A stretch of 64,000 nucleotides of DNA, taken from NCBI GenBank assembly GCA_964016885.1, contig OZ024753.1, forward strand, positions 4,898,001-4,962,000, given 5' to 3'. The DNA comes from Eledone cirrhosa. Its lineage: Eukaryota. Numbering within the stretch: position 1 is the first letter of the stretch; each line of letters starts with the position of its first letter. Positions 1 through 12,919 of this stretch are shown here, one piece after another. The notes below the pieces were generated by a model. That model ran no database searches. It saw nothing but the letters and a program-made list of their open reading frames with translations, and was not told the origin of the DNA. Made by a program: the position numbers and the translations under genes.

Positions 1-175
1 GAGGTTTTTTTTTACAAAATGAAAAATAACCGATGTGAGAAAAACCACAGACCCTCCATCTCAACTCACCTTTTGAAAAGCAGAAGAACTGCGAAACCGG
101 TAAAGGAACCAAATAAATATATATATTTTTTTTTAAAATAAGACTTCAGTTGCATTTTCGATTTCATCCCTTTTT

Positions 176-179
<4 letters not shown>
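1..179 (+). mobile_element. 3' end of a Penelope-like pseudo-LTR with a mutated minimal hammerhead, abutting (TA)n
   Basis: Hammerhead topology at 69-106, AATAAA at 112-117, then a short tail running into (TA)n. This is the usual PLE pLTR layout. Confidence 0.6.
69..106 (+). ncRNA. Minimal type I hammerhead ribozyme, core mutated
   Basis: CCTT-ttgaaaa-GCAG-aagaa-CTGC-GAAA-CCGG-TA-AAGG. Stem I CCTT/AAGG, stem II GCAG/CTGC, palindromic stem III CCGG. The core TTGAAAA is 2 changes from CTGAAGA. Confidence 0.65.
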
Positions 180-250
<71 letters not shown>

Positions 251-382
251 CACACATACATACACACACACATATACACATATATATGTGTATATATATA
301 CATACATATACATACATACACACATAAATATCAACATATCCATGCATACACATACATTACTTCACATATATATATATATATA
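179..382. repeat. (TA)n/(CA)n compound microsatellite
   Basis: Read directly from the sequence. Confidence 0.95.
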
Positions 383-664
383 GAATCTTGGGAATCATTT
401 TTTTAAATATAGCGTTATTTATTGTCGGTTTCTCTATGGTGTATTTCAGGCAGATGCTAAAACCAGTACTAAATATGACGCCATATTAATGTTGTATAGT
501 TTTGTTATTTCATATTAATTTTGTTTGATTCTAAGTCTGCTAATATTGTTTGTAATGTGTCATACGGTTTAGTGTGTGTGCTTGGAGCTCTTCTGTTTAA
601 ATTTTTTTTTTTTTTTTCGTTTGGTTTACAATTTGGAAATTTACTACCTTCAAATATTTTTCGA

Positions 665-960
665 AGACGCATAGATTAGTGGTTAGATCGTTGGGCTTGC
701 AAACGTGAGGTTGTGAGTTCGATTCTGAGACCGGGTGATGCATTGTGTCTTTGTGTAAGACACTTTATTTCAAGTTGCTCCAGTTTATTCAGCTGTAGAA
801 ATTACTTGTGGTGTCACTAGTACCAAGTTAAAACAGCCATTATCTTTTCTTTTGACAACATCATTGGCGTGGAGAGGGGAAACTGGTATGCATGGGTAAC
901 TGCTGGTCTTCCACAAACAACCTTGCCTCGGAAGAGAACTGTCTAGGTGCATATCCCATA
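665..960 (+). mobile_element. tRNA-derived CORE-like SINE (family B, tail type 1)
   Basis: B-box GAGTTCGATTC, then CORE-like TGTGTCTTTGTGTAAGACACTTTATTTCAAGTTGCTCCAGT. Paralog at 42375-42710. Confidence 0.75.
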
Positions 961-977
961 CATATATATATATAGTG

Positions 978-1268
978 AAGGCACCTGCGTTTGAGGTTAG
1001 GGTATTCAGCTTACAATCGTGAGTTCGATTCCCGGCGGCGCGTTGTGTCGTTCAGCAAGTCATTTTATGTCAGGTTGATCCAGTCTACTCAGCTGGCAGG
1101 AATGAGTTATGCCTGTAATTCTATGGGCCAGCCTTGTCACATGTCACACTAAATGTCCCTAAAAGCTACGTTAAAGGTATGGAATCTAAGTCACTTGCAC
1201 GTTAATTTTACCAGCAGACTGTTCCGTTGATCGTATTAACTAGAACACTCGCCATCGTTACCAACGAA
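978..1268 (+). mobile_element. tRNA-derived CORE-like SINE (family B, tail type 2)
   Basis: GAGTTCGATTCCC B-box and CORE-like segment. The tail matches the reverse complement of 38520-38800. Confidence 0.75.
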
Positions 1269-1282
1269 TATATATATATATA

Positions 1283-1503
1283 TAGGAACGAGTAGGACCC
1301 CGACGGCTGAGCTCAAGCCGTTTCAACGGCTAATTCTGGACTTAAAAATTTTTTTTTTTTTTTTTTAGTCCAGAATTAGCCGTCGAAACGGCTTGAGCTC
1401 AGCCGTCGGGGTCCTACTCGTTCCTATTACCCACTCTACTACCCTAAGTATTGAGTACTTTGGTGCGTTATGGTCCACCTGGTTCCTTACCACATTTCCT
1501 TCG

Positions 1504-1505
<2 letters not shown>
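1283..1505 (+). mobile_element. Short palindromic non-autonomous element in (TA)n (Penelope-like family P1)
   Basis: About 60-bp arms at 1283-1345 and 1365-1427 are near-perfect reverse complements, with an ~80-bp unpaired extension. Second copy at 20268-20480 in the opposite orientation. Confidence 0.7.
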
Positions 1506-1597
<92 letters not shown>

Positions 1598-1692
1598 AAT
1601 ATAACATCCAGTTACTGTAGGTTCACCAGAGTGAGCACTCGATTCGTAGTTTCCAATAAGTATAGAGGTGTAGAACTAAGCAAAGTGTGTGT

Positions 1693-1764
<72 letters not shown>

Positions 1765-4700
1765 GTTGGAATGGAAATAGATAAATAGATAGATAGAGAG
1801 AGATGAAGGAGAGATAGATAGGAAGATGGATAGATATATAGAGAGAGAAACATTCTGAAGAAAGGTACTTTGCGCATTATGTAAATGTCAATATCTGAAA
1901 CGTAAATAACACTTTCAATCTAGTGCCGACTTGTATTGAGTAATTTATATCGGACTGAGGTTAATTTTATTTTTTCTAACAATTTTTTATTATATTTTTT
2001 ACTTATATGTTGATGGTAATATGAAATTGCTTGTGAATGTCTATTAAGGAACTGCAAACTTGATATATCTGAAACCCCAGATATGAAACTGTTATTTTAT
2101 CATTCCAATTACTATTTACTTCTACTTAAGTTTGAACGAGCAAGGTTAACTTGGATCCATACAGCAACATCAGCAACAACATCTATAGGTTAAATATCTA
2201 ACTCAAATAAATTAGCTGTGAACATATCCCTTTCAATGCGTCACTAACTTGCTGTTTGAAGAAGCAATTTGTTATATTGTAAATCTGACGTATTGTTTCA
2301 CTTCTTTTCGAATAGAGCTCAAATATATTTTGGTTGTTTTATGAATCAAAAGGTCAGTGCAGATGTTTCTGAAAGTGATAAGCAATGCGAAATAACCTTT
2401 CAGAAATGTATGATATTTTCTTTTAAATATCATATATCTAAACAAGCGTTTCCATTAATGAGAGAATATCCTCAAAATAAAAAAGATTATGGAAAAAGAA
2501 AATTACTTTTTCTCCTCAAATAGATTGATAAACAGAAACTATGTGACATAAAATTGATTTACCCTTTAGTGGTTAAATATTTGAAGTTAAATTTAGAAGG
2601 CGTCTTTTGAGATATTTTCTGATGTATTAGTCTAGAAGTTTCATTGCATCAATCAAATGTTACTAATTATGGTTGAGATATAACATAAAATTGCTTTCTT
2701 TCATGGCACATTTAATATTATTTAATAATGTTCATATGAGACAAGTTCTTGTAAAATAAACATATAGGAAATGGTATGCTATATATATATATATAGCATA
2801 GGCATGTTTGTTTGGGGTGGAGATAGTGTTATATTTGTATATCATTACATCATCATTTAGCTCGCTTCCTGATCGGCTGCATGCTGTATATATTTGCTTT
2901 GAAAGAGACCAGAACTAGCGCCAATGTAGACTCTATATTTACTACATTATTGTGAAGTGAAGCGGTTTTAACGCTTGTTTCATATTCTTTTGCAACATAA
3001 CCTCACACAGTAAGGAGAGAAATACACATAAATATTTGTGCCCAATAACATATATTTATATATATATATTAATGTATTCTTTGTGCATTACCTTAGGTTT
3101 GGAGAGGGTATTAAAACACAAGAACTCAGTACAATATAGGAAATGTATGATTCTGAAAGTAATGTATATGAGGAAAAGAGCTTAGGATAACAAGTTTGAG
3201 GTTTGGTTCGGCAGGGGTTCAGAAAAAAGCAGCTGTTCCCACGTCGTCATCAATTGATTGTAAAAAAGCACATATTTTATTTCCTGGTTGGCAGTGGAAA
3301 ATATGTACAAAGCTCATTATCTTTGCGTGATCAACTTCGTCAAAATAAAAACCTATCGACCCAATATATAACTGCTAAGCCTAAGGTTAGCAACAAAAAG
3401 GTAGAAAACAAGCAAAAAGAAAAGATAGAAATTAAAAATGTATATCCCTCGATACTTAACGAAATCAATAAAAAAATAACAAAAATTAAAATAAGAAGGT
3501 AAAATAATGCAGAAATATACAGAAATTTAGCATAACATGAAAAGACTTATCCGAAATCAGAGGACGTGAAAACAATTTCTCGCTAAATCGCAAAGAATCC
3601 GGTGGAATTAAAACCCGACAACAATGTTTTAACAAAACAACGTCAGTGCTGTGTGCTGATAGATAATGAGATATCTAATAGAATAAAACTGTTTTCCTTT
3701 CTTCAGAATTTGCTACGTTCAAGATAGTTATTGTTGCCTTATCTAAAATCCCTTCTGTTGGTGTAGATATGGTGGGGACGCAATATGCTGAAATAATTGA
3801 TAGCTACTCTATTTTATAGCATGAAAGTGGAAATAGTTTGGGGAGAGAGTTAAGAGTGGGTTTTGCATTTATGTCGCTTTTACTCTTATATATTATAGAA
3901 CTAACGTTTGATTTGAAAATAGACTTTTATCTATGTCAATGTCTCAATCTTTTCGGTCTTCAGTGACGTTCCCAAATGCTTTCAGTGTATTTTCAGTAAC
4001 AATGAAGGGTTCTGATAAAGACAAATATATGTTTTATGGGAAACTAAAAAGTATTATTTGAAAACTCTGGTTTGAGATAAAGTAATGAATTTGGGGTACT
4101 TCAACGCCTGGAGCAGCAAAATGTTTCACATATTGAAATATGTGGGACGTTAACGAATGAAACAATAAAGTCAAACTATAATGGTTTACTTTTGTTATAA
4201 ATGTGAACAGAATTGAATTTCATTGTTTGCAACACGACCGTTAAAAGTAACGAGATTCACGAATAATATTGGATGCAGCCAGGTTACACGAAACCACGCA
4301 TGATATATAAAAACAAGAAAATGTTAATATGATGTGAGAGATATTCCGTTTTTATAAGATCCAATATATGATATGGGTCGTCAACTTACATAATCTAAAC
4401 TTGGATTCAAAGTAAAGGACTAAAATTAAAAACCTGAATTTTCAACACTTAATACGAATTGATGTTTCAAAGTTAAATTTAAATGAAAAGTCTTCTGAGC
4501 AAAAGTTAGAGCAAAGCTTTAATTCTTTGGAAACGTCAGAAATAAAACCTTACTAAATCTCTATTCTAGTTACTGCCTACCCAATTTCAATCACGAGACT
4601 TGGGTAGACACCTGCCCAAGATATCACGTAATGAGAGCGAACTCGATGCCTTTTGATTGCGAAGCGAACTTCCTAATCACTAACTCAGGACTGAATCTGC

Positions 4701-5234
4701 TTAATTTACGCAATCGTGCTGGTATACCATGAACATGTTTTGTTCCACTATTGATAGTTTTAGTTCATGACATACAATATTTCTCCCCAAATTAGTGCTA
4801 AATATTCAAATAGCCAACTTTTTTTATAATCACCGGGATTTGTCCTTCGTTGTTGTAAATCGAAGAAACTGTTTATTTATTTCTATTTTTGAGACCCGAT
4901 ATGCTGAAGCAATCGACAATATATCAACTTTCTCAACTTTCAGAATGTGGTGTCTTTAATGTACTATATGATGTTTATTTTATCGGTGAGAAGCATTTGA
5001 ATAGATAAAAACATGTTTTTTAGACGTATTGTTTATCTTTGATTACAATTACAGTCAGGTTTCGCGTTGAATATTATATTTTTCTTTACATATATTTGTA
5101 CCGATCTTGACTGGTATATCGGGATATAGTTGTCAGTTTATAAATTTCTTTTGGTTTGATAAATTCGTATGGCGCCGTCGTTACATACGGCGTATGTAAG
5201 ATATTTAAACCTGTGAAAGCCTATTAATCTCCAG

Positions 5235-5530
5235 GTCAGAACACAGCTGATTTCTTCCAGAGAAGTTGTGTGAGCAAAACTCCTTTTTCCTGGTCTGAAA
5301 ACAAGTGATTTCTTAGAGGGAATAAAAGAGGTGGGGATATAAAGAAGAAATAAGAAGGAGATACAGAAGGAAAATCAACCACAATACTGATAATATAGTT
5401 ATCGATCTCGAAAGGATGAAAGACAAAGTTGAACTTGGGGAGATTTGAACTTGGGGCGCATAGAACTGGAATGAGCAGCACAAATCATTCTAGCCAACGT
5501 TCTAATGACTCTGCCAAGTCGCAGGCCTAT
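5235..5530 (-). mobile_element. Meta-domain-like tRNA SINE (family A)
   Basis: Reverse complement of GTTCAAATC...CTTTGTCTTTCATCCTTTCGAGATCGATAA, plus the CTTCTGGAAGAAATCAGCTGTG tail. Confidence 0.75.
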
Positions 5531-5919
5531 AACAATTATTTACATATATTTAAATGTAAATGTATATATTAAATGTTAAATATTGTGCTTGCAATGCCAA
5601 ACAAAAACATACTTGTTCAGGCAAATGCGTTTTTCACGTATTAATTCGGTTTGATATAAAACATTTACTAAAGCATTGTCATTCGTAATTAAGAAGGTAT
5701 GTTTTATTTTATTAATGTTTATTTGTTTTATTGATTGTTTCTTGACATTATATTAATTATATCGATGAAAGTCTAAACCACTTTGTTGTCAGAAACAACT
5801 TGGCAAACGTGCAACTCTTTTTCTTCCAAGCCAAATTGTTGTAATATCGCCTTATGGAAGTTGCTAAGTCATAAGATCTGAGCGTGTTTGTAATTATTTC
5901 TATGTATGTTTAATATATA

Positions 5920-6230
5920 TAGAACGTCGGATAGAATGCTTTGCAGTATTCGTTCTATCTCAGTGTGCTCTGACTTCAAAAGCCATCGAGGTCAACTTGC
6001 CTTTCATCCTGTCGAGGTCGATAAAAAAGAGCCTGTCCCGTACTGCGGGTATGTGTTTCATTTATATCCCTTTCTCGCTTCTTCTCTATCACTTTCTCGC
6101 TTCTCTGGAAGAAATCAGCTGTATTCAAACATGGAGAGAAGACAACTCCCGCTAGATTTTAAATGCCCAGGGTATGACGTATGTCACTACGGTGCCTCTG
6201 CGACTCCATCAGGAATTACGGGTCCATAAT
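5920..6230 (+). mobile_element. Meta-domain-like SINE (family A, long tail)
   Basis: GAGGTCAACTTGCCTTTCATCCTGTCGAGGTCGATAAA core. The tail is shared with the copies at 8478 and 28923. Confidence 0.8.
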
Positions 6231-6384
6231 ACATGTGTAATATATATTACAGATGTATTTTATATATATATATATATTGTATGTGTATGTGTGTGTAGTT
6301 TATTAATTGCATTGATTTGTAATAAATTGTCATTTCTAATTAAAGGGGAAAAGCGTGGTATTAGAAATTCATAAATGCAGAGAA

Positions 6385-6570
6385 GAGTCCAAAACTTCCC
6401 CTGGACAGGACGCCACTCCATCGCAGGGTTAAGCCTCCAGCTATTGCTGGTACTCATTTTCAGCTGAGTATACTGGAGCAACGTGAAATAAAGTTGACCT
6501 CGGCGGGATTTAAACAAAGAGCTTGGAAAATACAGAGGGATATAATGCGACACTTTAACAACTCTGTCAA
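6385..6570 (-). mobile_element. Chimeric SINE: family-A head + CORE-like + V-domain-like segment
   Basis: The minus strand reads CCCGCCGAGGTCAAC|TTTATTTCACGTTGCTCCAGTATACTCAGCTGAAAATGAGTACCAG...AACCCTGCGATGGAGTGGCGTCCTGTCCAGGGG. Confidence 0.55.
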
Positions 6571-6795
6571 TTCATCTTTAAGGGGGAGGTGTAAGTAGAT
6601 CTAAACTAAGGGAATAGATGAAAAGATAAATAGTGAAAACTAGAAAGGATTTGAAAACAGAGCGCAAAGTGGTGGAAAAATACTGAGGAATATAATGCGA
6701 CACTTTAACAACGCTGTCAATTCATCTTTAAGGGGGAGGTATAGATCTAAACTAAGGGAATGGAGGAAAATATAAATAGTGAAAACTAGAAAGGT
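6505..6795. repeat. ~145-bp tandem duplication covering a SINE head and its flank
   Basis: ATATAATGCGACACTTTAACAAC...TAAATAGTGAAAACTAGAAAGG occurs twice (~6540 and ~6689). Confidence 0.85.
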
Positions 6796-8477
6796 AGGAA
6801 TATAAAATGTTGTGTAAGCATTAAAGGTAGAATGTATGCAAGTAACATAAATAAAAGCTTATTAAATTCGCAGAATAAGGTAACATTATATAATAGTCGT
6901 CATAAGTAAATAAAAGAACAGGGTTATATGAAGAGAATTTCCTGAAACAACTGATTAAAAAAAGATTTTACTATATATAATCATATTCTGGAGAGTTAGA
7001 AAGATGTAAACGTGTAGATAAAATATATAGCATTATTAAACCTATCTCTAAATTAAATAACCTATGCTATTACTTGTGGAAATATTTTCTTTCCTCGCCA
7101 CTTCTGTACAGTTTTATAATTTATTTAGTCCCGTTTGAGCCCTAGATACTGCACTCTTTGTATCCTTACATCCAGAACTAATCGATTTAAGTCTATAGCT
7201 TATATATCTTTTGCTATACATCCCTGTCGTCTTATTTTTTTGCTTCTTTTCTCTCCTTGTCCATCCGTTCCTTTTACACAGATTTACCTTCAACCTCTTT
7301 CTTTCTCACTCACTAACACTCTGCTTACATACATTCAAACATAAGTATTTGAATATTTTATCTCACTTACTCGACATATCTCCCTCTATTCACATCGCAT
7401 CTTGTCTCTTTCTCTCTCAATCCACATCTATCACTGTTTATGTGCACAGAGAAAAGGAGAGAGAGAAAGCGAAGTAATAGACCGAAAAAGGAATAAAAGC
7501 AAGACGGTAAAAATTGAGAATATTACTGTAACGGTCAGATGTAGAGGAAAACGGTACATAAACTTTCTGAAATAAAGCAACATAATTAACTGCAGCAAGG
7601 CATTTTGTCTGGTACTCTACATTTCTCTAGTTAGGTTGATATAGTCTAAAGTAAATATTTATAGATAATTAAATTAAAACATTCGAATGAAATCAACACT
7701 CACACAGAAACAAACTTGAGGGGTATAACGTATAAGGCAAATGAAGCGAGCAATGGTAACGGTAACATTTTACAAAAAAGTTCTAAAATTCGAAAAGGCT
7801 TTGTTAACAAAAACGTTAACAACGTTTTGATTTTGGCTTTTCTTTTTGCTTTTGCTTTTTTCTTTTTTTTTTTGTTGATATTTATTTTTCGGAAAATTAG
7901 TTGAACTATCTGTATTTTCCAAACGTTTACTATGGCCAAAATACATATATTTTTGATTTATATGCTTTCTTTAATGATAGGAAAATATTTCATGAACATT
8001 TTATCATGGAAATGCTTCTATAGAAAGTTTTGATTGATGGGTCGGTTGCAAATATATTCCTTCCAGTCTTTTCTACTTAAACAATTCTTCTCCTCTTCAA
8101 GTTGTTTGATTTGTTTAAGAAAGATTTCTTAAACAATTTAGACATTGAAATATGGCTCAGGTTAAAAGCCATTAAAATTTCTAATCATATTTTTTTTTTA
8201 TTTTAATCGATCATGTAAACTTAAATGGAGAATAGGCTATATTCTTCCAAAATGAAACAAGTGATACGAGTAAATACAAGTAAACATAGTTCGTGTAACG
8301 TTGTGAAGACAACCTTAAATTGAAGTAACATTTTACAATAACAAGCTTCTTGGACCTTTCTAATGACGATACATTTACTATTCACATGATTAATTTTGTA
8401 GGAAACATCTCTATTTGCACTGCAATAGAATTTTACCTGTCATATGACGGGTAATTTTGGAAGTATATTTTAATCAT

Positions 8478-8750
8478 AAGCGGCGAATTGACAGAATCGT
8501 TAGAACGTCGGATAGAATGTTGTGGTATTCGTTGCGGCTCTCTGCTCTTTGAGTTCAAATCCCACCGATGTCAATTTTTGCCAGTCGTGCTTTCGGGGTC
8601 GATAAAAAAGTACCAGTCAGGGGTAAACTCTTCCTTTATATCTCTTTCTCACTTCCTTTTTCTCAATTTCTAACCTTCCCTGGAACAAATCTGTTGTATT
8701 CAGATCTGGAGAGTGATAGGCTCGGCTCCACCAGGCTTAAAATGCCCTAG
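8478..8750 (+). mobile_element. Family A SINE
   Basis: GCGGCGAATTGACAGAATCGTTAGAACG head, GAGTTCAAATCCC B-box, GGGGTCGATAAAAAAGTACCAGT core. Confidence 0.8.
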
Positions 8751-8807
8751 ATAATCAGCAATTTGATATAAAAAAATTAAATATAACTGTATATAGCCTA
8801 TCCACAC

Positions 8808-8923
8808 TCATATACATACATACATACATACATACATACATACATACATACATACATACATACATACATACATACATACATACATACATACATACATACA
8901 TACATACATACATACATACATAC
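8808..8923. repeat. (CATA)n microsatellite
   Basis: Read directly from the sequence. Confidence 0.95.
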
Positions 8924-10265
8924 ACGCAACGCATCGTATGTGTGCGTAATGCTATGAACTGTTAGGATATAATTGGCTGCAAATTCTTTCGTGTACAATG
9001 TCATCGTTGCATAATGCATATTTCATACTGTTATGAATTACATTAAATAGTCTTCTTCCTTCGTGAAAATTATTAAAATTGATGGGTGTAGTCTGGGTAT
9101 GTCAGCTAATGCGAGAAATGGATATACCTCAGATTTTTATCAGAGGATTAATGTCACATTGTTTAATACGGATTGGGATGAGTTAGAAAAATAGAAAGAA
9201 CGACAGTAAGGAGCCGGTAATAGAAGAAGAAAGATTGGAGAAAGAGAAAGTAAATGAGATAAAGAAAAAAAAAGAAATAAGAGAACAAATAATAAATGTC
9301 TCGGATCTAATGTGCTCCAATCAATCACTTTTGAATGAATCCTTGTCTGTTCTCAAAACCTTTGCACACTGAACAAATGCCATGCACAAACCAGATAAAC
9401 ATAGGTTTGCCATTGTTGACATAAAGTGGGATTTTGTTCTTTTTCTGGTGCTCAAGGACATAGTCTATCTGCCGATTGTTACAAGCAATGTTATACTAAT
9501 AAAGATAATCTGACTTACAGAAGCAAATATACCTGGTTATTTGAAATATGTATTTCCTTCAGCAGGCCGCATGCACTCACACAGCGATAACTAATCCAGG
9601 TCAAATATAAACTCCTACCAATGTAAATATAATTCCTTCACGGTCACGTGGCTCTCGTTAATTAACAGATAAAAGCCCAGCAATATAAACAAATACTGGA
9701 GATAAAAACATGGTATAATGACACTAATATTATTATTATCTAAAGCAGAGATGAAGAATCTTTTTACTTGGAAGGCCGCCTTGAAGCTAACTATAATCTG
9801 ACAAAACCACATTTACGAAAATATTTTACACTGCTTGAATCATTATTATTTTACAAAATATATTTATTCCGAAAAAAAGGAAACATGTATAAACAAATAT
9901 TAAAAGCAATTATTTTGTAATGACAAAGCATGCTTAAATAAAGCAGTGTCCACGGGCTACGGTTCACATTTATATTTCCCAAACTTGTAAACAAAGAAAT
10001 ATACATGGTTCGTTCTAAAATTCACAATTAATTGAAAAGAGCTTTTAAATAATAAATCCACAAGATATATTTCAGTATAATTGTTTTCAATTAAACATAT
10101 TCTTTACAAAGGATCACACATAGTTCTTCAGATGAGTACATGGTTTGATCTAAACATATAACTAAACAAAAATAACAACTTACGGCAATCATTTGCTGTA
10201 ATGTCGTAAAGGACAAAATTATGTTCATAAAAATCACATCAATATAAAACTCATGATATAATAAT

Positions 10266-10482
10266 GGTTTCTTATATAGGCACAAGGCCAGTAATTTTGG
10301 GGAAGGGGAAAGTCGATTAAATCGACCCAGTGCGTGACTGGTACTTTATTTTAACGACCTCATAAGGATGAAAAGCAAAGTTAACCTCGGCGGGATTTGA
10401 GCTCAGATCATAAAGAGCCGTAACTCTATGCTGAAAAGCATGGCGTCCGACCCTCTACCGATACTGCCAATCCACCGCCCTA
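10266..10482 (-). mobile_element. Family A SINE (short tail, full length)
   Basis: Reverse complement of GGCGGTGGATTGGCAGTATCGG...CTTTTCATCCTTATGAGGTCG...GGCCTTGTGCCTATATAAGAAACC. Confidence 0.85.
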
Positions 10483-11709
10483 AAAAATAAATACCAAATA
10501 ACTAACTTTTTCGTTTCCTTCATTTTACTCTCCATTTCGCCTTTTTATACATATCACTTTCTACACAATGCTTGAAGCAAATATCCTCCGTTTAGCTTAG
10601 TCTAAATGTCAGCTCAGTTTTATCTGAACAAAATATACTTAAATTCTAAGCAAGAACAGTCAAATACAATTCTCCTAGCGAAATGTTTAGCTGTAAAATA
10701 ATAGTGGTTTATTACGTAATTTCTCCTAACATAGATATTTTGATTATTAATTTGGTCTTCTAAATAAATCGACCAATATTTTATAGTCTCAGATCCAATA
10801 GATATTTCGATTCTGTGCATGTTAACCATATTTCTCTCGATACTCGAATAAAAGTAAAGTGAAATTTTATTAATTTCTTGGTTTTCATTGGTGAGAGATG
10901 CAACATCTATTTTATTTTTATTCAGCGTTTCTTTAAAGTGAAAAAGTTTTGGTTTTTGGTTTTGGGTTTTTTTTTTCCTACAGGTACACATTATACAGCA
11001 TATAGATAATGCAATCTTTAATCAAATAAATCTCAAAATGATCAAAAAACAAGACGGCTGAAATTCGTGTCAAAATGTTACAAGTATTAAATCGATATTG
11101 GAGTTAAGCATAACAAAATATACCTAAAATACATATAACATTTCAATATGGATTTAATATAAAGAGACGTGAATTGAAATTTGTGCGTAGCATAATGTTG
11201 TAACAATGACTGATAAAACATCAGTACATAATCTGACCTCTCGCTAGCTACAAAGAAGTTTTAGACCTTTCACACGTCACTTTCAAAGATGTTTGCCTGT
11301 TAAAAAACACGTAATTCTCTCACATTCCTTTACAGATATATCTTTTCTATTAATTTTGTTCTTCGTTCTTCCTCTCTTATTTTTCCTCTCCTAAAAAGAT
11401 ATTATCTTTATCCATATTTTCCTTCCATTCTGTTGAAATAAACACCGAAGTGTTATAGTAATACGACTGTTGTTGTTCGTTGAATTTAATTGACCTTTTA
11501 TTACAAAGACACACACATACATACTTTCACACATCCACACACGCCACACACACTACACATACACACACACGTATATGTAGCTATATGTGCGTGATTCCAA
11601 AGAAGGAAAATACCAACACAAAAAAATCTTCTTCACTGAAGTGTTACACATACATACGTACACACGCACACCCATATATATATATGCATACATACACACT
11701 TATATATAT

Positions 11710-11886
11710 AAGAGGAGACAAGGAAGACAAAGAACATTTACAGACAGCCTAAGCAAAGACGACAACGAAGGGGCGAGAAAAAGTGACCTAATCTGGAACA
11801 TTGACAACAGGAAGAAGGATTTGAGAGCCATGATCGCCGATATCTGGAACACACCTAGCACCTGATGATGATGATGATGATGATGA
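11710..11886 (+). mobile_element. RTE-clade LINE 3' remnant with (GAT)n tail
   Basis: Translates RRQGRQRTFTDSL...DNRKKDLRAMIADI (RTE C-terminal pattern) and ends in (TGA)n. Confidence 0.65.
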
Positions 11887-12258
11887 TATACATATACGCA
11901 CATACGTTTTAAAGTATGTGTGTGTACTTGCTTGTTTCATTGTTGTTACTCTTTTAGTTTGTGTACTTGTTCCTCTTTTCGGGGTGGGGGTCCTTTATAC
12001 TGAAACGTTGAAAAATATAAATGACTATACACGTTCTTGAGTGTTTTATTTACGATATAATATTTATTCACAATATTGATACTGCATTTGAAACAGCATT
12101 TCTTCTTCGAAACGATTTCAACAACAATCTGTGAAGTGATTTATTAGAATTCTATATCGATTATTAATTCACAAATGATCGACTTTGAAATTCACTATTG
12201 CTGAGAATATTAAGATGAAAACCTCAATTCTAATTTTTCCCTTTTATATTTCTCTCTG

Positions 12259-12321
<63 letters not shown>

Positions 12322-12325
<4 letters not shown>

Positions 12326-12602
12326 GGTTTGTTGGTTCACCACTGGATAGAATTGGTCATTCCGTATGGTCAATCTCGATGTAATATTATGGAGAGTACT
12401 CAACGTAATGCAGCTCACCCGTCTTCGTTTGTGTAGTTGTTGGTGCGAGTACGGAGTTAATTATTATCTGTTATATTCCTTTGTTATATTTCGAATACCT
12501 GATGATATCACCGGAGTCATACGGAACCCGGTCATTGAAATGATCATAGTATAATAAACCTTTCAAGGATTTACACAAGTCCTGCCTCCTGTTATTTTAT
12601 TA

Positions 12603-12608
<6 letters not shown>
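12322..12608 (+). mobile_element. Penelope-like pLTR-type short element in (TA)n
   Basis: Unique ~290-bp insert between two (TA)n tracts. Contains a hammerhead followed by AATAAA. Confidence 0.65.
12495..12552 (+). ncRNA. Minimal type I hammerhead ribozyme with intact core
   Basis: ATAC-CTGATGA-tatcACCGG...CCGGTcatt-GAAA-TGATCA-TA-GTAT. Stem I ATAC/GTAT, palindromic stem III TGATCA, cleavage triplet AUA. Stem II has mismatches at its base. Confidence 0.7.
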
Positions 12609-12658
<50 letters not shown>

Positions 12659-12680
12659 TAATAAAAATGTGTGTGTATGT

Positions 12681-12742
<62 letters not shown>

Positions 12743-12775
12743 GTGTGTATATATATGTATGTATATATGTGTATA

Positions 12776-12838
<63 letters not shown>

Positions 12839-12869
12839 TTATAAATATATATGTATATATTTATAAATA

Positions 12870-12919
<50 letters not shown>

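Noticed and set aside
9520-9620. LKEIHISNNQ LRR-like peptide on the minus strand
   Set aside because: Single isolated motif with no repeat array
11960-12075. Possible PLE terminus with GAAACGTTG
   Set aside because: No CUGANGA box or stems recoverable
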